Below are positions 1 through 12,270 of a DNA stretch of 40,862 bases, piece after piece. A program made the position numbers and the translations under genes. Under the pieces are notes generated by a model. That model ran no database searches. It was not told the DNA's origin and was given only the letters and a program-made list of their open reading frames with translations. The stretch lies in NCBI RefSeq assembly GCF_006345805.1, contig NW_021835308.1:1-40862 (forward strand), read 5' to 3'. Position 1 is the first letter of the stretch; every line of letters starts with the position of its first letter. This stretch comes from Octopus sinensis. Lineage: Eukaryota.

Positions 1-131
1 AGTATGTACGTACGTGTGAGTATGTTACATTGTGCGTGCATGTGTATATACATGCATACACACTAACGCACAAACGCATTTTCTCTCACACTCTTAGCGC
101 AACCTATATAATATATATATATATACATACA

Positions 132-194
<63 letters not shown>

Positions 195-584
195 AATACT
201 TTATTTATAAAAGTATATAATATATATATATATAATAATATATAAAGATATCTATGTATATTGCATACATATATGTATAGCGATACACACACACAAATAT
301 ACATATATATACATATAGATATTTACATGCATATATATATATAGGCATATGAGTATATACAATTTTGTGGGTACCTATATACATACATAAATATATATAT
401 ACATAAACATATACATATATATATGTATACCCACATGTATATAAATATATATAATATATATACATATATATGTATATACATATATATGTATATACACATA
501 TATGCAATGTACATATATATATCGACAGAGAGGTATTGTATATTTATTAAAAAAAATATATATAATGCATATATATACCGTGCA

Positions 585-616
<32 letters not shown>

Positions 617-680
617 GCATCTATATTTTTATATATATATATGTATATACATACATACATACATACATACATTCATACAT
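1..680. repeat. Degenerate (TA)n/(TACA)n low-complexity tract
   Basis: Near-continuous AT/AC di- and tetranucleotide repeats; source of the I/Y/H/T-rich pseudo-ORFs. Confidence 0.95.
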
Positions 681-1319
681 ACCGTGAGAGTAGCGCTGCG
701 TGTTAAGTGCACCGTACTTATCCATTGTGCAAACTAGTTAGCGTCTGCTGTTGCCGTTGCTGACTGTAATACAAGGAAAATATAACACCATGTGCCGTCA
801 GTTTCGTGGTTGCTTGTTGCTACTGCCTAATGTTTCCATTCATCAATTTCGTTTCGGTAAACTTTTCATTTTACCTCCCGTTTCGTTCCGTCTTGTTTTG
901 TTTGTGTTTTCTTTCGGTTGCTATATTTGATCGATATTTATATTTATATTTTATATTTGGTGCAGTTAGTATACTTCCTCATTAGCTTATTTTTCTGCTT
1001 GCTTCTCTTTCTCGTTTTTCTGTCTATCCTTGTATCAGGCTCTGGTGAAATGCTTTCCCCGCAACGTCCGTAACGATCGGTGTTTGCTATGATGTTGTTG
1101 TTTCGAAGTACCCAAAGTGTCTTTTCGCAATCTCAGATGCGTGTGTTTATGTTTCTGTGTGTAGGGAAGATTTGGTTGCTATATCTAGCAGGTTCGCCTA
1201 GCACCTAAATGTGTCCCCCCCTCGGTTTCGGTTTGATTGGTTGATCGGTTACTTAGGCGGGTTTATATTGTAGTTATTTTGTCTATTGCAGTTGGATATC
1301 GATTAAGACAACCATATAT

Positions 1320-1421
1320 ACGCGCGCGTGTGTGTGTATGTGTGTGTGTGTGTGTGCATGTATACAAATACGCATATAGTGGTATGAAAGTATGTAAATG
1401 TGTATACACGCAGACACACGC

Positions 1422-1453
<32 letters not shown>

Positions 1454-1616
1454 AGAGAGAGAGGATAGGTGAAAGATAGACCGAGAGAGCGAGCGTGAGA
1501 GATAGATAGATAGACAGATAGATAGATAGATAGAGATAGATAGATAGAGAGAGAGAGAGAAAGAGAGAGAGAGAAAGAGAGAGAGAGAAGAGAAAAAAGA
1601 GAGAGAGAAGAGAGAT

Positions 1617-1685
<69 letters not shown>
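1320..1685. repeat. Compound microsatellite (GT)n-(AT)n-(GATA)n-(GA)n
   Basis: Directly visible repeat blocks. Confidence 0.95.
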
Positions 1686-1689
<4 letters not shown>

Positions 1690-1714
1690 AAGCGAGGAGG
1701 AGATGAATCGACCA

Positions 1715-1800
1715 CAGTATAACGCTACTACTTTATCTACCCCGAATTGATAAAAGGGGTACGATGACTTAGTATTGAGGTGAACTGAAAGCACAAGGGA
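1715..1800 (-). mobile_element. Highly decayed SINE family 3 relic
   Basis: actttatctaccccgaattgataaaagg resembles aatttatcgaccccgaaaggatgaaagg of the copies at 39953-40530. Confidence 0.35.
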
Positions 1801-1935
1801 CAGGATAGATTTAACCGGCGCTCTAGCGACTCTGAATATACTCACTCATACACACAGGCGCGCATACGCCACGTACATGCTCACACACAGACAAGCATGG
1901 ATGTGTGTGTATGAGGTAGCGCGGCGGCTGAATAG

Positions 1936-1988
<53 letters not shown>

Positions 1989-2007
1989 CATTATGATGGA
2001 ACACTAG

Positions 2008-2604
2008 TCTTTTACTCTTTTACTTGTTCACACTCATTTTGCTGCGGCCATGCTGGAGCACCGCCTTTAGTCGAGCAAATCGAACCCAGGATTTATTCTT
2101 TGTAAGCTTTGTACTTATTCTATCGGTCTCTTTTTCGCTAAGTTACGGGGACGTAAATACACCAGCATCGGTTGTCAAGCGATGATAGGGGGACAAACAC
2201 AGACACACATACGATGGGCTTCTGTCAGTTTCCGTCTACCAAATCCACTCACAAGGCTTTGGTTGGCACAAGGCTATAGTAGGAGACACGGGGACTGAAC
2301 TCGGAACCATGTGGTTTGCAAGCAAGCACCGCCTTTAGTCGAACAAATCGACCCCAGGATTTATTCTTTGTAAGCTTAGTACTTATTCTATCGGTCTCTT
2401 TTTCGCTAAGTTACGGAGACGTAAATACACCAGCATCGGTTGTCAAGCGATGATGGGGGACAAACACAGACACACATACGATGGGCTTCTATCAGTTTCC
2501 GTCTACCAAATCCACTCACAAGGCTATAGTAGGAGACACTGGGACTGAACTGGGAAGCATGTGGTTTGCAAGCAAGCTACCTACCACACAGCCACTGCTA
2601 CGCC
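2008..2604 (-). mobile_element. tRNA-derived SINE family 1 with internal tandem duplication
   Basis: Reverse complement matches the plus-strand copy at 36271-36660; 2058-2325 is repeated as 2326-2575. Confidence 0.9.
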
Positions 2605-3150
2605 TATATAGCCACTCCTACACGGATGACAAAACAATAAAGAAACAAAAACTACAATAACAACAACAACAACAATAACTTCAAGTCAATGAAGGAAGCA
2701 ATCAGATGAAATAACAGCAACAGTTGGTAGAATTCGTTTCTGTGTTAAAGGAAAGCTTTTTTGTGTGCCTTACACACGCACACAAATACACACACACACA
2801 CACACACACACGGTGGCACAAATATGTGTATACATATGCATATGTGTTAGCGATCGTGTGTATGTGTTTGTGCTTGCGCGTGTGCGTGTGCGTGTGTACG
2901 AAAGCGGGAAAATGTACAGAGACCACATATTCAATGGTTTACATGTTTAACATAGAACTGACTGAACTACGATGTTTACGTAGGAAACCGAAACTCCGCA
3001 GAGCATTTCGAGAAACTCCAGAGCCTAACAATAATATTGGTTTCAAAATTTGGCACAAGGCCAGTAAGTTCAGTGGGTGGGATGGGGGGGGGTGAATATG
3101 GAGGTAATCAATTACAATTACACTGACCCCCGGTGCTTTAACTTTCACAG

Positions 3151-3242
3151 TTCTGATTATTACATGAAAACTTATTTAAAATATCCGGATACAAAACCCA
3201 TGGAATGCTATTACAATATTGTAAAAACTCTATCTTTTCCAC
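3151..3242 (+). other. Candidate internal exon (unassigned)
   Basis: Branch-like cactgac 3121-3127, ctttcacAG acceptor at 3149-3150, GTaagc donor at 3243; one open frame SDYYMKTYLKYPDTKPMECYYNIVKTLSFP; no homology recognised. Confidence 0.25.
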
Positions 3243-3507
3243 GTAAGCCAGACCAACATAAATAAAGCACATACACTGACACTATTACAGTATGTATGTA
3301 CAATAACCATACATATCGCACTGGTCCCAAATATAGCACTGGTATTCATACCATTAATTACAAGACAAACGGATCAAGATTCGAGTACTTTTAATGAAAG
3401 TGGCGGCTAACCACGAGTTAAAACGCCATGGCATAGAACCAGCTCTCACTGCTGCCTACACCACCATGACCATCACCAAATTCATTATCAGTCACACCAA
3501 TCCCATC

Positions 3508-3950
3508 AGCAGGGTACCAACATAACTGTTACCATTTCCATCTCCATCACCATCACAAACCACAGCCTCTACTACAACCAAGACTGCTATCAGCACCACC
3601 GGAACAGCTTCTTACAGAACCGTCACCACTGCCATGTGTGTGTGTGTGTGCATGCGTGTGTGCGTGCGTGTGTGTGTATAGAGACTCTACAACCGTTTCT
3701 AACGGTATCATCACTTCACTACCATCACAAACAACAGCCTGTACTACAACCATTCTGCTACCAGCAGAGGTACCAACGTAATCGTTACCATTTCCATCTT
3801 TACCACCATCACAAACAACAGCCTCCACTACAACCAAGACTGCTATCAGCACCACCGGAACAGCTTCTTACAGAACCGTCACCACTACCGTTGTGTGTGT
3901 GTGTATGTGCGTGTGTAGACCCTACAACCGTTTCTAACGGCATCATCACT
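3508..3950 (+). repeat. Tandem duplication (~250 bp period) of C/A-rich low-complexity sequence
   Basis: ctacaaccaagactgctatcagcaccaccggaacagcttcttacagaaccgtcaccact and ctacaaccgtttctaacgg(t/c)atcatcact each occur twice. Confidence 0.85.
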
Positions 3951-4134
3951 ACAACAACCTCTGTTGCTTTGACATACACTACAATCGTCTCCACCATGGT
4001 CGTAGCAAATGCAGCCTTCAAAGGTAGTCAAGACTGCCCAACGTAGAACAGAGAAGGTGAGAAGATACAGTTGCGGAAAAAAATCGAATTGAGATACACA
4101 CATAGATATATGCATGCGTATTTATATACATACA

Positions 4135-4542
4135 CAAATACAAACATACGTACATACATACATACATACATACATACATACATACATACATACATACATA
4201 CATACATACATACATACATACATACATACATACAAACATACGTACATACATACATACATACATACATACATACATACATACGTACATACATACATACATA
4301 CATACAAACATACGTACATACATACATATATACATACATACATACATACATACATACATGCATAAATACATGCATACATATACACATACAAGCACTCACA
4401 CTAAAAAAAAATATATATGCATGCATATATGTGTGTATATAAATGTGACAGTTCGTCCGTGAAATTTGACAATGATTTAGGAATCGCTAAAAAAGTAAAT
4501 AAATAAATTGAAGAAGGAAGGAAAGTAATAAAGAAAGAACGA

Positions 4543-4594
<52 letters not shown>

Positions 4595-4600
4595 AATGAA
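4135..4600. repeat. (TACA)n tract followed by (GAAA)n tract
   Basis: Directly visible. Confidence 0.95.
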
Positions 4601-5109
4601 GAAAAATACACAATGCCTAAATTTATCATATATATATCCATTGTTAGTCAAATAAGGCAATGGCATCATTCATACGGTTCGCCAACTGGTAGTACTTCCA
4701 TGTAGGGAACTAGATCGTTACAGCTTACAATGGCTTCTGCCTGTACTTCGTATTCTTTGTGCCTGAAGCTATAGATGTGGCGGCATTTCAATGTGGAAAA
4801 TATTTGAAACTCTCCCCTACACAATGAAAGCTCAACCGTTTGTAACTCCAAGAAGTTTCAGCTGACAACGATCAATGATGACCAGGGCTGGCTATGCAGC
4901 ATTTTGACAAGGAAACAGTCACGTGGAGAGGACAGACAACGGCAACTGTACTTGCTTTAGCTATACCATTGTGTGCATCAAACTATGTATTTCATTACTG
5001 CAGATATGCGGAATAACACAACCACTACAGCAAAGCCCTTTGTTTGAAGTTTGTGCCATACAATCTTATTGTCTGGACACAGTTGCTAGCGTTTCTTTTA
5101 AATATAGAA

Positions 5110-5305
5110 CTGTGCTACACCATTGTTTGAAACCTCCTGTGATATGTGGCATTTGGTGAATGAGTGAGTTTGATGCTGCTGCCCTCATCTGTGTTTCCTG
5201 CCTTAATAGGAGGAGATCTAGTTTTGTTTTCAAGACTCCTACATCCACACCATGATGAAAAGTTGTAGGCCATTCAAACCTAAGCCGTTGCAGTATCTAT
5301 GATGT
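5110..5305 (-). mobile_element. CR1/L2-like LINE 3' ORF2 fragment
   Basis: Minus strand reads RYCNGLGLNGLQLF..HGVDVGVLKTKLDLLL..RQETQMRAAASNSLIHQMPHI, homologous to the plus-strand copy at 37785-38123. Confidence 0.65.
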
Positions 5306-5469
5306 TGTATGTGTTAGTTTTCATCCTGCAGGGTGTCCAAAATTACCTTCTGCATCAGGGATGTTTGTGAAAGTGTTGTCGCCGAGGACTTGACCATGCA
5401 ACATACTCAACTAAGTTAAATGTTATCTCTAATGCTTTCAAGCGACCTGGCATGCATGCCTACATACAT

Positions 5470-5862
5470 ACATGATGATGGCATCCACTCGCGATCGAGG
5501 AAGGCCATTGCCGACCTTCAGGAACATTGTGCGCTCTAGGACTAACTTATATTTTGCATTTGCGGCTCCATTGGTGGCTAATGTGCTCTGCTCTTGACAA
5601 GCATACATGACTGCAACCATTGCAAACCAAGCTTCCCCCATTCACTACACCAGCAGTGTGCTTTCAAGCAGCATGCTTAAATTCTTCATGCAGAATACAT
5701 GCTCTCTCAAAGATGTAGACCCCTTCCTTAACCTGCTTCCTTCATCTGTGACGATGACAGGCATTGCTCTCCCAGTCAGTCTCCTGCATATCATAGGCCT
5801 TTATTGAGGACTTGACACAGTCCTTAAATCGCAACCTTGGTTTTTGCCGGGGTCTCTTTCCA
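5470..5862 (-). mobile_element. RTE-clade LINE 3' fragment (pseudogenised)
   Basis: Minus strand GKRPRQKPRLRFKDCVKSSIKAYDMQETDWESNACHRHR*RKQVKEG...VCNGCSHVCLSRAEHISH: RTE C-terminal RPxxRxKD/WE motifs with a terminal C2H2-like finger; ends in a (CAT)n tail. Confidence 0.75.
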
Positions 5863-6819
5863 TTCACATACATACATGTAATAAAACGGCAATGAACACA
5901 AAAGAAGACAACGCGGGAGGGACAAACTTTAACAAATACTGTATTAGCTTAACACTTATGTATGCGTATATTTATGCATACATATACAGAACCATTAGGG
6001 CGTATATGCCTGGCAGGATCTGTTACGGCTCTTTATGTTCGGAGTCCAAATGCCGCCCAGTTCAGCTTTGCCTTTCGGCGTTTCAGGATTGATAAAATAA
6101 AGTATCAGTGAAGTGCTGTGGTTCATTTAATCGGCTAATCCGCCTAAAAGTTGCTACGTAAAATCAGAAATAATAATTATTTTAAAAAATGAATCAGAAA
6201 CAACATATAGGAGTGCTATCCAGAAAGTAATACAAAAGTGAGCATGACTTATTAACTTATATAGCTCGTTCAAACTGAATTTGCTGGTAGAGTAACCCTT
6301 CCTATGTACAATGGAACTATTCTCAGGCGATGCATATGCACTATTGCTGAAACCAACTCTTGAACTCTCTTTGAAAAGAATTCAGATGGGTACTGTTGTA
6401 CCCACTTCACAGCTACTTTCATCTTGCCTGTATCATCAAATCATTGTCATCGAAGACAAAGAACTAAAGAGATGGCAGTAAGGGATTGTCAAAGCCAAGA
6501 TGAATGGGGGTTGGGGGGAATAAATCCAACCCAATATTCTGATTGCCTTATTTGTTGCAAATGATATGAATAGTAACGCATTGTTGTAGCAGACGTGAGT
6601 TGCTTTAAAATTCATGTTCGGCCTCTTCCTCGTAATGGCTACTTTAAATTATTTTAGTGCCTTAACGTATTAATCGTTGATTATGGTATATCAACCTATC
6701 AGAAAATCAAGGAAAATAACGTCCTTATCACTCTAAACACAGAACTTTCTGTTCGGAGCGCTGGCATTTGAAATTCGTGGGTTTGGAGAGAGATAACACT
6801 ATTTCATATACCACAACCA

Positions 6820-6827
6820 TAATAATA

Positions 6828-6909
<82 letters not shown>

Positions 6910-6915
6910 TGATAA
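6820..6915. repeat. (AAT)n microsatellite
   Basis: Directly visible; a second (ATT)n tract lies at ~7110-7213. Confidence 0.95.
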
Positions 6916-6916
6916 T

Positions 6917-7050
6917 TCTCTAGAACAACACTTTGTACAAAATCAAATATATGGCACCCTAGGCATAGCACCGACACGAACTTCTAACTCGTTGTCTGTT
7001 GAGGTCTCTGGGTGTACAAAGGTAAAGCAAAAGTTAAACAAAATAATAAT
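6917..7050 (+). mobile_element. Short non-coding insert within (TAA)n, probable LINE 3' UTR
   Basis: ~130 bp complex sequence with (TAA)n in the same phase on both sides; no coding evidence. Confidence 0.35.
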
Positions 7051-7155
7051 AATGAAAATAATCAGTTAAGATCGGAAGCCACGAGGGCGACTGCTGGGTA
7101 TTTATTATTATAATTATAATTATTATCATTGTTGTTATTATTATTATTATTATTA

Positions 7156-7197
<42 letters not shown>

Positions 7198-7214
7198 ATA
7201 ATTATTATTATTAT

Positions 7215-7377
7215 CGTGTCATTCGAATTTACGCTCTAAGTTCAAATTCCGCCGAGATAGACTTTGCTTTCGATACCTTCGGATTCGATAAAATAAGTAC
7301 CAGTTGAGTACTGGAGTCGATTTGATCGACTGGTCCCTCCCACCAAATTTTGGGCCCTTTGCCTACATTGGAAAGGA
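7215..7377 (+). mobile_element. SINE family 3 (decayed)
   Basis: agttcaaattccgccgag..ctttgctttc..cttcggattcgataaaataagtaccagtt matches the reverse complement of the 39953-40530 units. Confidence 0.75.
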
Positions 7378-7774
7378 CTGTAGAAATGAATACTCATTGG
7401 TATGAAGTTATTGTGAGGTCAGGTAAAAATGGTATATTCGGTGACGCATCTAACGTCTTAATTGTACAACTTTGTTATTCTTTGTGTCTGTGGTCAAATG
7501 CTTTAAGTATGTTAATTCGTTGTTTTGTATTCTTTTCTATGACTTGTGCGTGTTGAAATGTGTGTTGGGGATAGCAAATTATATGTAATTCGTATTTTGT
7601 CTTGTGTGTTTGTTGTGTTTATCTTACTGAATTTAAAGGTTTGTTTCTATTTCTTGTTCTCTAGTATTGCTATTAAAACTGAAACAGTGGAATGATAAAA
7701 GTTTCTTTAAGTTTGTTGTGGGATCAGACTTTTCTAATTCAGAAGTTGAGAATTTACAATAAAATGCCCATGAA

Positions 7775-8558
7775 GATGTCAAGGGACCAATGCAGTTTCG
7801 CACCTCTCCTTGAAAAATGCAGTTTAAAAAAAAATTTTTTTTTGTATTCCTCCGTTGTAGATGTCGGAGATTAATTAATTTAGCCCCCCACCCACCAACA
7901 TTTCAATTTTTGACTTTGTTTACTTTAAAGAGAACGTAGCGAATTGACGAGCATATGCAAATCGAAATTAAATCCAAACAAAAACATTAAAGTGAAGAGA
8001 ATTTGTGTTTAACTTGTGCAAATAAGAATTTTATGTAAATTAAATATACACCATTTTATGAGAAACAAACATTAATGCAATAATTAATGACTAATGCTAT
8101 AAAGTTTAATTAGGGCTTCAAATTTTACTCCCTCCTTCAATTTTAAATTTTGAACTTTTTCATCCATTTATTTGTCTTTCTATTTATCCCTGTCCATTTA
8201 TTCATAAAATATATTTGTCAACTAAATGTGGCGGTCCTATAGAAGATGGTGTTACTGTTATTTTTAGCCCTAGGAAGACATATCTATCTATCTTCATACA
8301 CATATCTATATGCTTATTGAATTTAAAATTTTGAAAACGTGGTTTCTTGCATATTCGGAATATCCGTCATCTAAAATGTAAGGGAAAATTAAAGTTCGAA
8401 AAAGTTCAATATTGGGTGGGGAGGTGATAAGAGGAGGGTTTTTTGTTTTTTTTTTGCATATTCATAATCTCCGACATCTTAAACGTAGGAATCCGAAAAT
8501 TTTTTTCAAAAATTGCATTTTTCAAGGAGATGTGCGAAACTGCATTAGCCCCGACATC
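7775..8558. mobile_element. MITE/foldback-like element with ~95-bp inverted arms
   Basis: 7775-7873 is the reverse complement of 8465-8558 (core AATGCAGTTTCGCAC[C/A]TCTCCTTGAAAAATGCA, ~80% overall by eye); no ORF. Confidence 0.7.
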
Positions 8559-10020
8559 AGTATGTTTTGTGGAGTTAAAGTCGTGTAATTTATAGATTAA
8601 AAGTCGTTGTATTCAGGAAACTGTAACTTCTTGAAGTATTGCTCTTGTACACTAAATTCTGAACAAAACCTTGTATACTGTATAAAATTCTTTATACAGA
8701 GATGTATAATGGGAGGCAAGTTTTAAGATAACGGATGAATATCGCCTTCTCCCATTAAAATTGTTCTTTGTTTTGATCCAGGCCCCAGCAAATGAGGAAA
8801 GAAGTCTCAAGTGGAAATGCAAATTCACAACCAGTTTTATTTACATAGTTACACAGAATAAATGAAGTGTGTCGCTCTCAGTAGACCATCTCAAGCTGTG
8901 TACGTTTCGTTGTATCTCTGTTAACGCGGGCTCATTACCTCTGGAGATACGACTTGCAGACAGGACTAGCCTGGAGACCCAGCCAGCGAATGTGCGTTCA
9001 GCAAGCGCTTACGGTGAAAAAAGAGAGAATCTGTTTGTTGGGCCCTTATATTAAGTTTGCCATCGCGAGCCTCGTTGTGCCGCTACAGATGTTTCCCAAA
9101 TAGGCTCAGCAACCTGACAAGTACTATGCTAGTCAGTGTTTGAATTGTTTCTTAAAGTAATGTTTGGAGCATTTTCTAGTATGAATGGACATTGTGGATG
9201 GAACTGAACGCTTTGTTGTTGCCGAAAGTAACTAGACCGATTGGCGTGGGAAGTTTAACACGTTGAAATACATTTTCTATGTTAGGGTTCATGAAGTGTG
9301 TGGTGGATGAATACGGTTGTTTAAAACTGAATTGTAAATTTCGAGAAAGGATCTGTGGGATGATGCTGTCAAAGCTTAACTTCCTTAGAACTTTTTTGAG
9401 GGTGTGCATAGAAAGGTGATGAGTCTGTCTCTATGGTGTTACTTGCGTTTTTGCTAAGTTTTACGGTTGATAGACTTTTGCCCAGTTTCTCGATTTTGGG
9501 AATTTGACAGTGTTGGTACTACTAGCAGATGTCGGTGAGTGCAAGCGATTTCTTCAGACCTAATGTGTTTTGATGTACGTTCGTAATTTTGGTTGTCCCA
9601 AATGCCTAGAGTTTTCATATAGCCTTATTGCTTTTGGGTCAAGATCGTGCTCTAAATCGATGGTACACATTCCTGGTTTTGTTTTACTTTGATGTATGTG
9701 TGTATGGTATTTGAGGTTATGTTACGTGTGTATGTGTGTGTGTGTGTTCTTGTGTGGTTATCAGTGGTTCAAGTTGAAGAAATGATTGTTAAAAAGGGTG
9801 TTTGTTCGTTACAGCTGCATCTGTACGGTATTTGAGATTGTTATTATGACACGAAATTAAATGTAGTGAAATAGTTGTTGTTAATGCTGCTAATAACATT
9901 TGAGGTTTTGTGGTTTGTATAGGACACAAATGTTTGCTACTTTACCGGTTTTATATAATGCAGGTTGTTTGTCTTTCGCTGTTGAGGTTTATATCGGTTG
10001 TGTGTTGTTTGGATACATTT

Positions 10021-10202
10021 GGATACATTTCTATATTTAAGAGATGAGTAATTATGTACTTTATTAATATTATTTGCATTCGACGGATGTTTGTCCTCAT
10101 CTTGTTTGCTCGATTCCAAGCAGTGACTTGAATAATAATAATAATAATAATAATTATAATAATAATAATAATAATAATAAAATAATAATAATAATAATAA
10201 TA

Positions 10203-10259
<57 letters not shown>

Positions 10260-10381
10260 CATCAAAAAATACCTTAAGAATGAGAACCCAGGTACGAAAT
10301 TCCCCAAGATACCTGAAGAAGGCTGGAGGGCGTTAACAACAAACAAGATGAGGACAAATATCCGCCGAATGCAAATTATAT
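10021..10381 (+). mobile_element. Short PLE-type element: inverted arm + (TAA)n + terminal repeat with half a hammerhead
   Basis: 10069-10108 is the reverse complement of 10340-10379 (37/40); CTGAAGAAGGCTG at ~10313-10325 with no GAAAC half. Confidence 0.55.
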
Positions 10382-10805
10382 GAATTACGTTTGGATAGTT
10401 TTCTTTCGGAGATATTTCTCAGTTTTTGTTTGCCTTGTTTATTATATTTATATAAGCATTTTACATATTGACTAATATTCAAAAACTAAAAGATTGAGTT
10501 CTTGCGAACATTTCAGAATTATACCATGATGTATAAGTTTGGATCTGCTGGCGTACAGGCGACTCGCGGATACAAGTTATTCAAGCTGATATTGGTGTTG
10601 ATAATAATAGTAATGGTGTTGAATGTGATGATGGTGACGGTCTTAACGTTTCACCTGATAAGCTGGCTGTGGCGATGGTTTATTGATTTCGTCAAAAGGA
10701 AGCCTCTGTGTCTATGGTTTTTATACATCTTCCGGGGTCAGACAGATCAATGCGGTTGCAGCGGTTGCTGCAGATTGATTGCTGCAACGGTTAATGTGGT
10801 TGTGT

Positions 10806-10930
10806 GAAGGAACGTGGCCTAGTGGTTAAGTGTTCGGAACATGATCATAAGGTCGTAGGTTTAATTCCTCGACCGGGAACTACATTGTACTCTTGAGCAA
10901 AATGATTCATTTCACATTATGCTCCAGTCT
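10806..10930 (+). mobile_element. tRNA-headed SINE family 4 (decayed)
   Basis: A-box TGGCCTAGTGG 10815-10825, degenerate B-box GGTTTAATTCC ~10858, followed by a CORE-like ttgtactcttgagcaa segment. Confidence 0.6.
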
Positions 10931-11452
10931 ACAGTTATCATGATTACCAACCGAATGCTGACGTAGAGTTCTTTCGTCCCAACTGTCTTAGCTCGGACGT
11001 TCGCTGCCTTATGTGTCAACACACGACCAAGAGGATGCCTGGTTGTTCGCAAACTGCCATACACCGAAAACAGTTAGCTAAAGTATGGTGCATATATCAA
11101 ACAATTCTCACTCGCAAGTGACGGCTGACTCTGCGACGAATTTTTGTTATACATGTTGTCATTCTTGTCAATTGTGTTGCAAAAATTACATCTGGAGATG
11201 AAGGCGGGGTCGGTGATTGATTCGATATATGTAGTCGCGAGCTCCGGTGGTGCACAAGTTTATTAGCAGGCGCTATAGCTTCTACCATTCCATTAGAGAT
11301 GCGTATTTGTTTGATCTAATTTGAGGGAAATATAGCTGCTATTCCTAATAAGACTTGTGAGAATTCATAATCTCTTTAGATGTCTTCATTTGTTGCTGTT
11401 AACGACGGTTCTGTTAGATCTGCTGTTATTGCCATCGGTTATTACACTGATG

Positions 11453-11453
11453 G

Positions 11454-11510
<57 letters not shown>

Positions 11511-11624
11511 GATGACGATGAGGATAATGATGATAATGATGATGGTGACGATGATGATGATGACGATGTTGGTGGTGATGATGATGATGATGATGAGAAT
11601 GAGGATGATGATGATGGTGATGAC

Positions 11625-11673
<49 letters not shown>

Positions 11674-12011
11674 GTGATGGTGATGGTGATGATGGTAGTT
11701 GCGGTGACTGTGCTGGCAACGGAGGTCGAGGTGGTGGGAGTGATGGCGATACAGGTGGCACCGTGTTACTGATGATGTCGGTAGTGGTTGTTCCAGCGGC
11801 GTTGGAAATGCTGAAGTTGATGATGAGGATGATCGTGATGTTGTTGCTGTTGTTCTTCTTCTTCTTCTACTTCTTGATGAAGATGACAATGATAACGATG
11901 GTAGTGGCGGTGGGGATGAAAGCCGCTGCATCTTCTGCTGTTGGTACAAAGGTGCACAGTACCATTGCAAATACCGCTGTAGATGTTTTTGTTTTGAAGC
12001 TACTACTACTG

Positions 12012-12077
<66 letters not shown>

Positions 12078-12176
12078 CTACTGCTGCTGCTACTAGTACT
12101 ACTATTACTACTGCTGCTGCTGCTACGACTATTACTACTACTGCTGCTGCTGCTACTAATACTACTACTACTACTG

Positions 12177-12226
<50 letters not shown>

Positions 12227-12270
12227 GCTACTGCTGCTGCTGCTGCTGCCGTTGCCGCTGCTGCTACTTG
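11453..12270. repeat. Compound trinucleotide array (GAT)n ... (CTA/CTG)n
   Basis: Directly visible; explains the poly-M/D/H/S/L/V ORFs at 11380-12472. Confidence 0.95.

Noticed and set aside
30-737. Many I/Y/H/T/C/V-rich ORFs (also 4018-4442, 30571-32966, 35427-36527)
   Set aside because: Translations of (TA)n, (CA)n and (TACA)n tracts; open on both strands only because these repeats lack stop codons.
8740-8830. LPLKLFFVLIQAPA, faintly like the pogo/Tigger LLxLDNAPxH motif
   Set aside because: Too short and degenerate, with no TIR or other motifs.
9130-9700. Possible second Penelope relic on the minus strand (FKQPY.., QCPFILE)
   Set aside because: Only vague similarity; no diagnostic RT or GIY-YIG motif is readable by eye. 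tblastn would decide.
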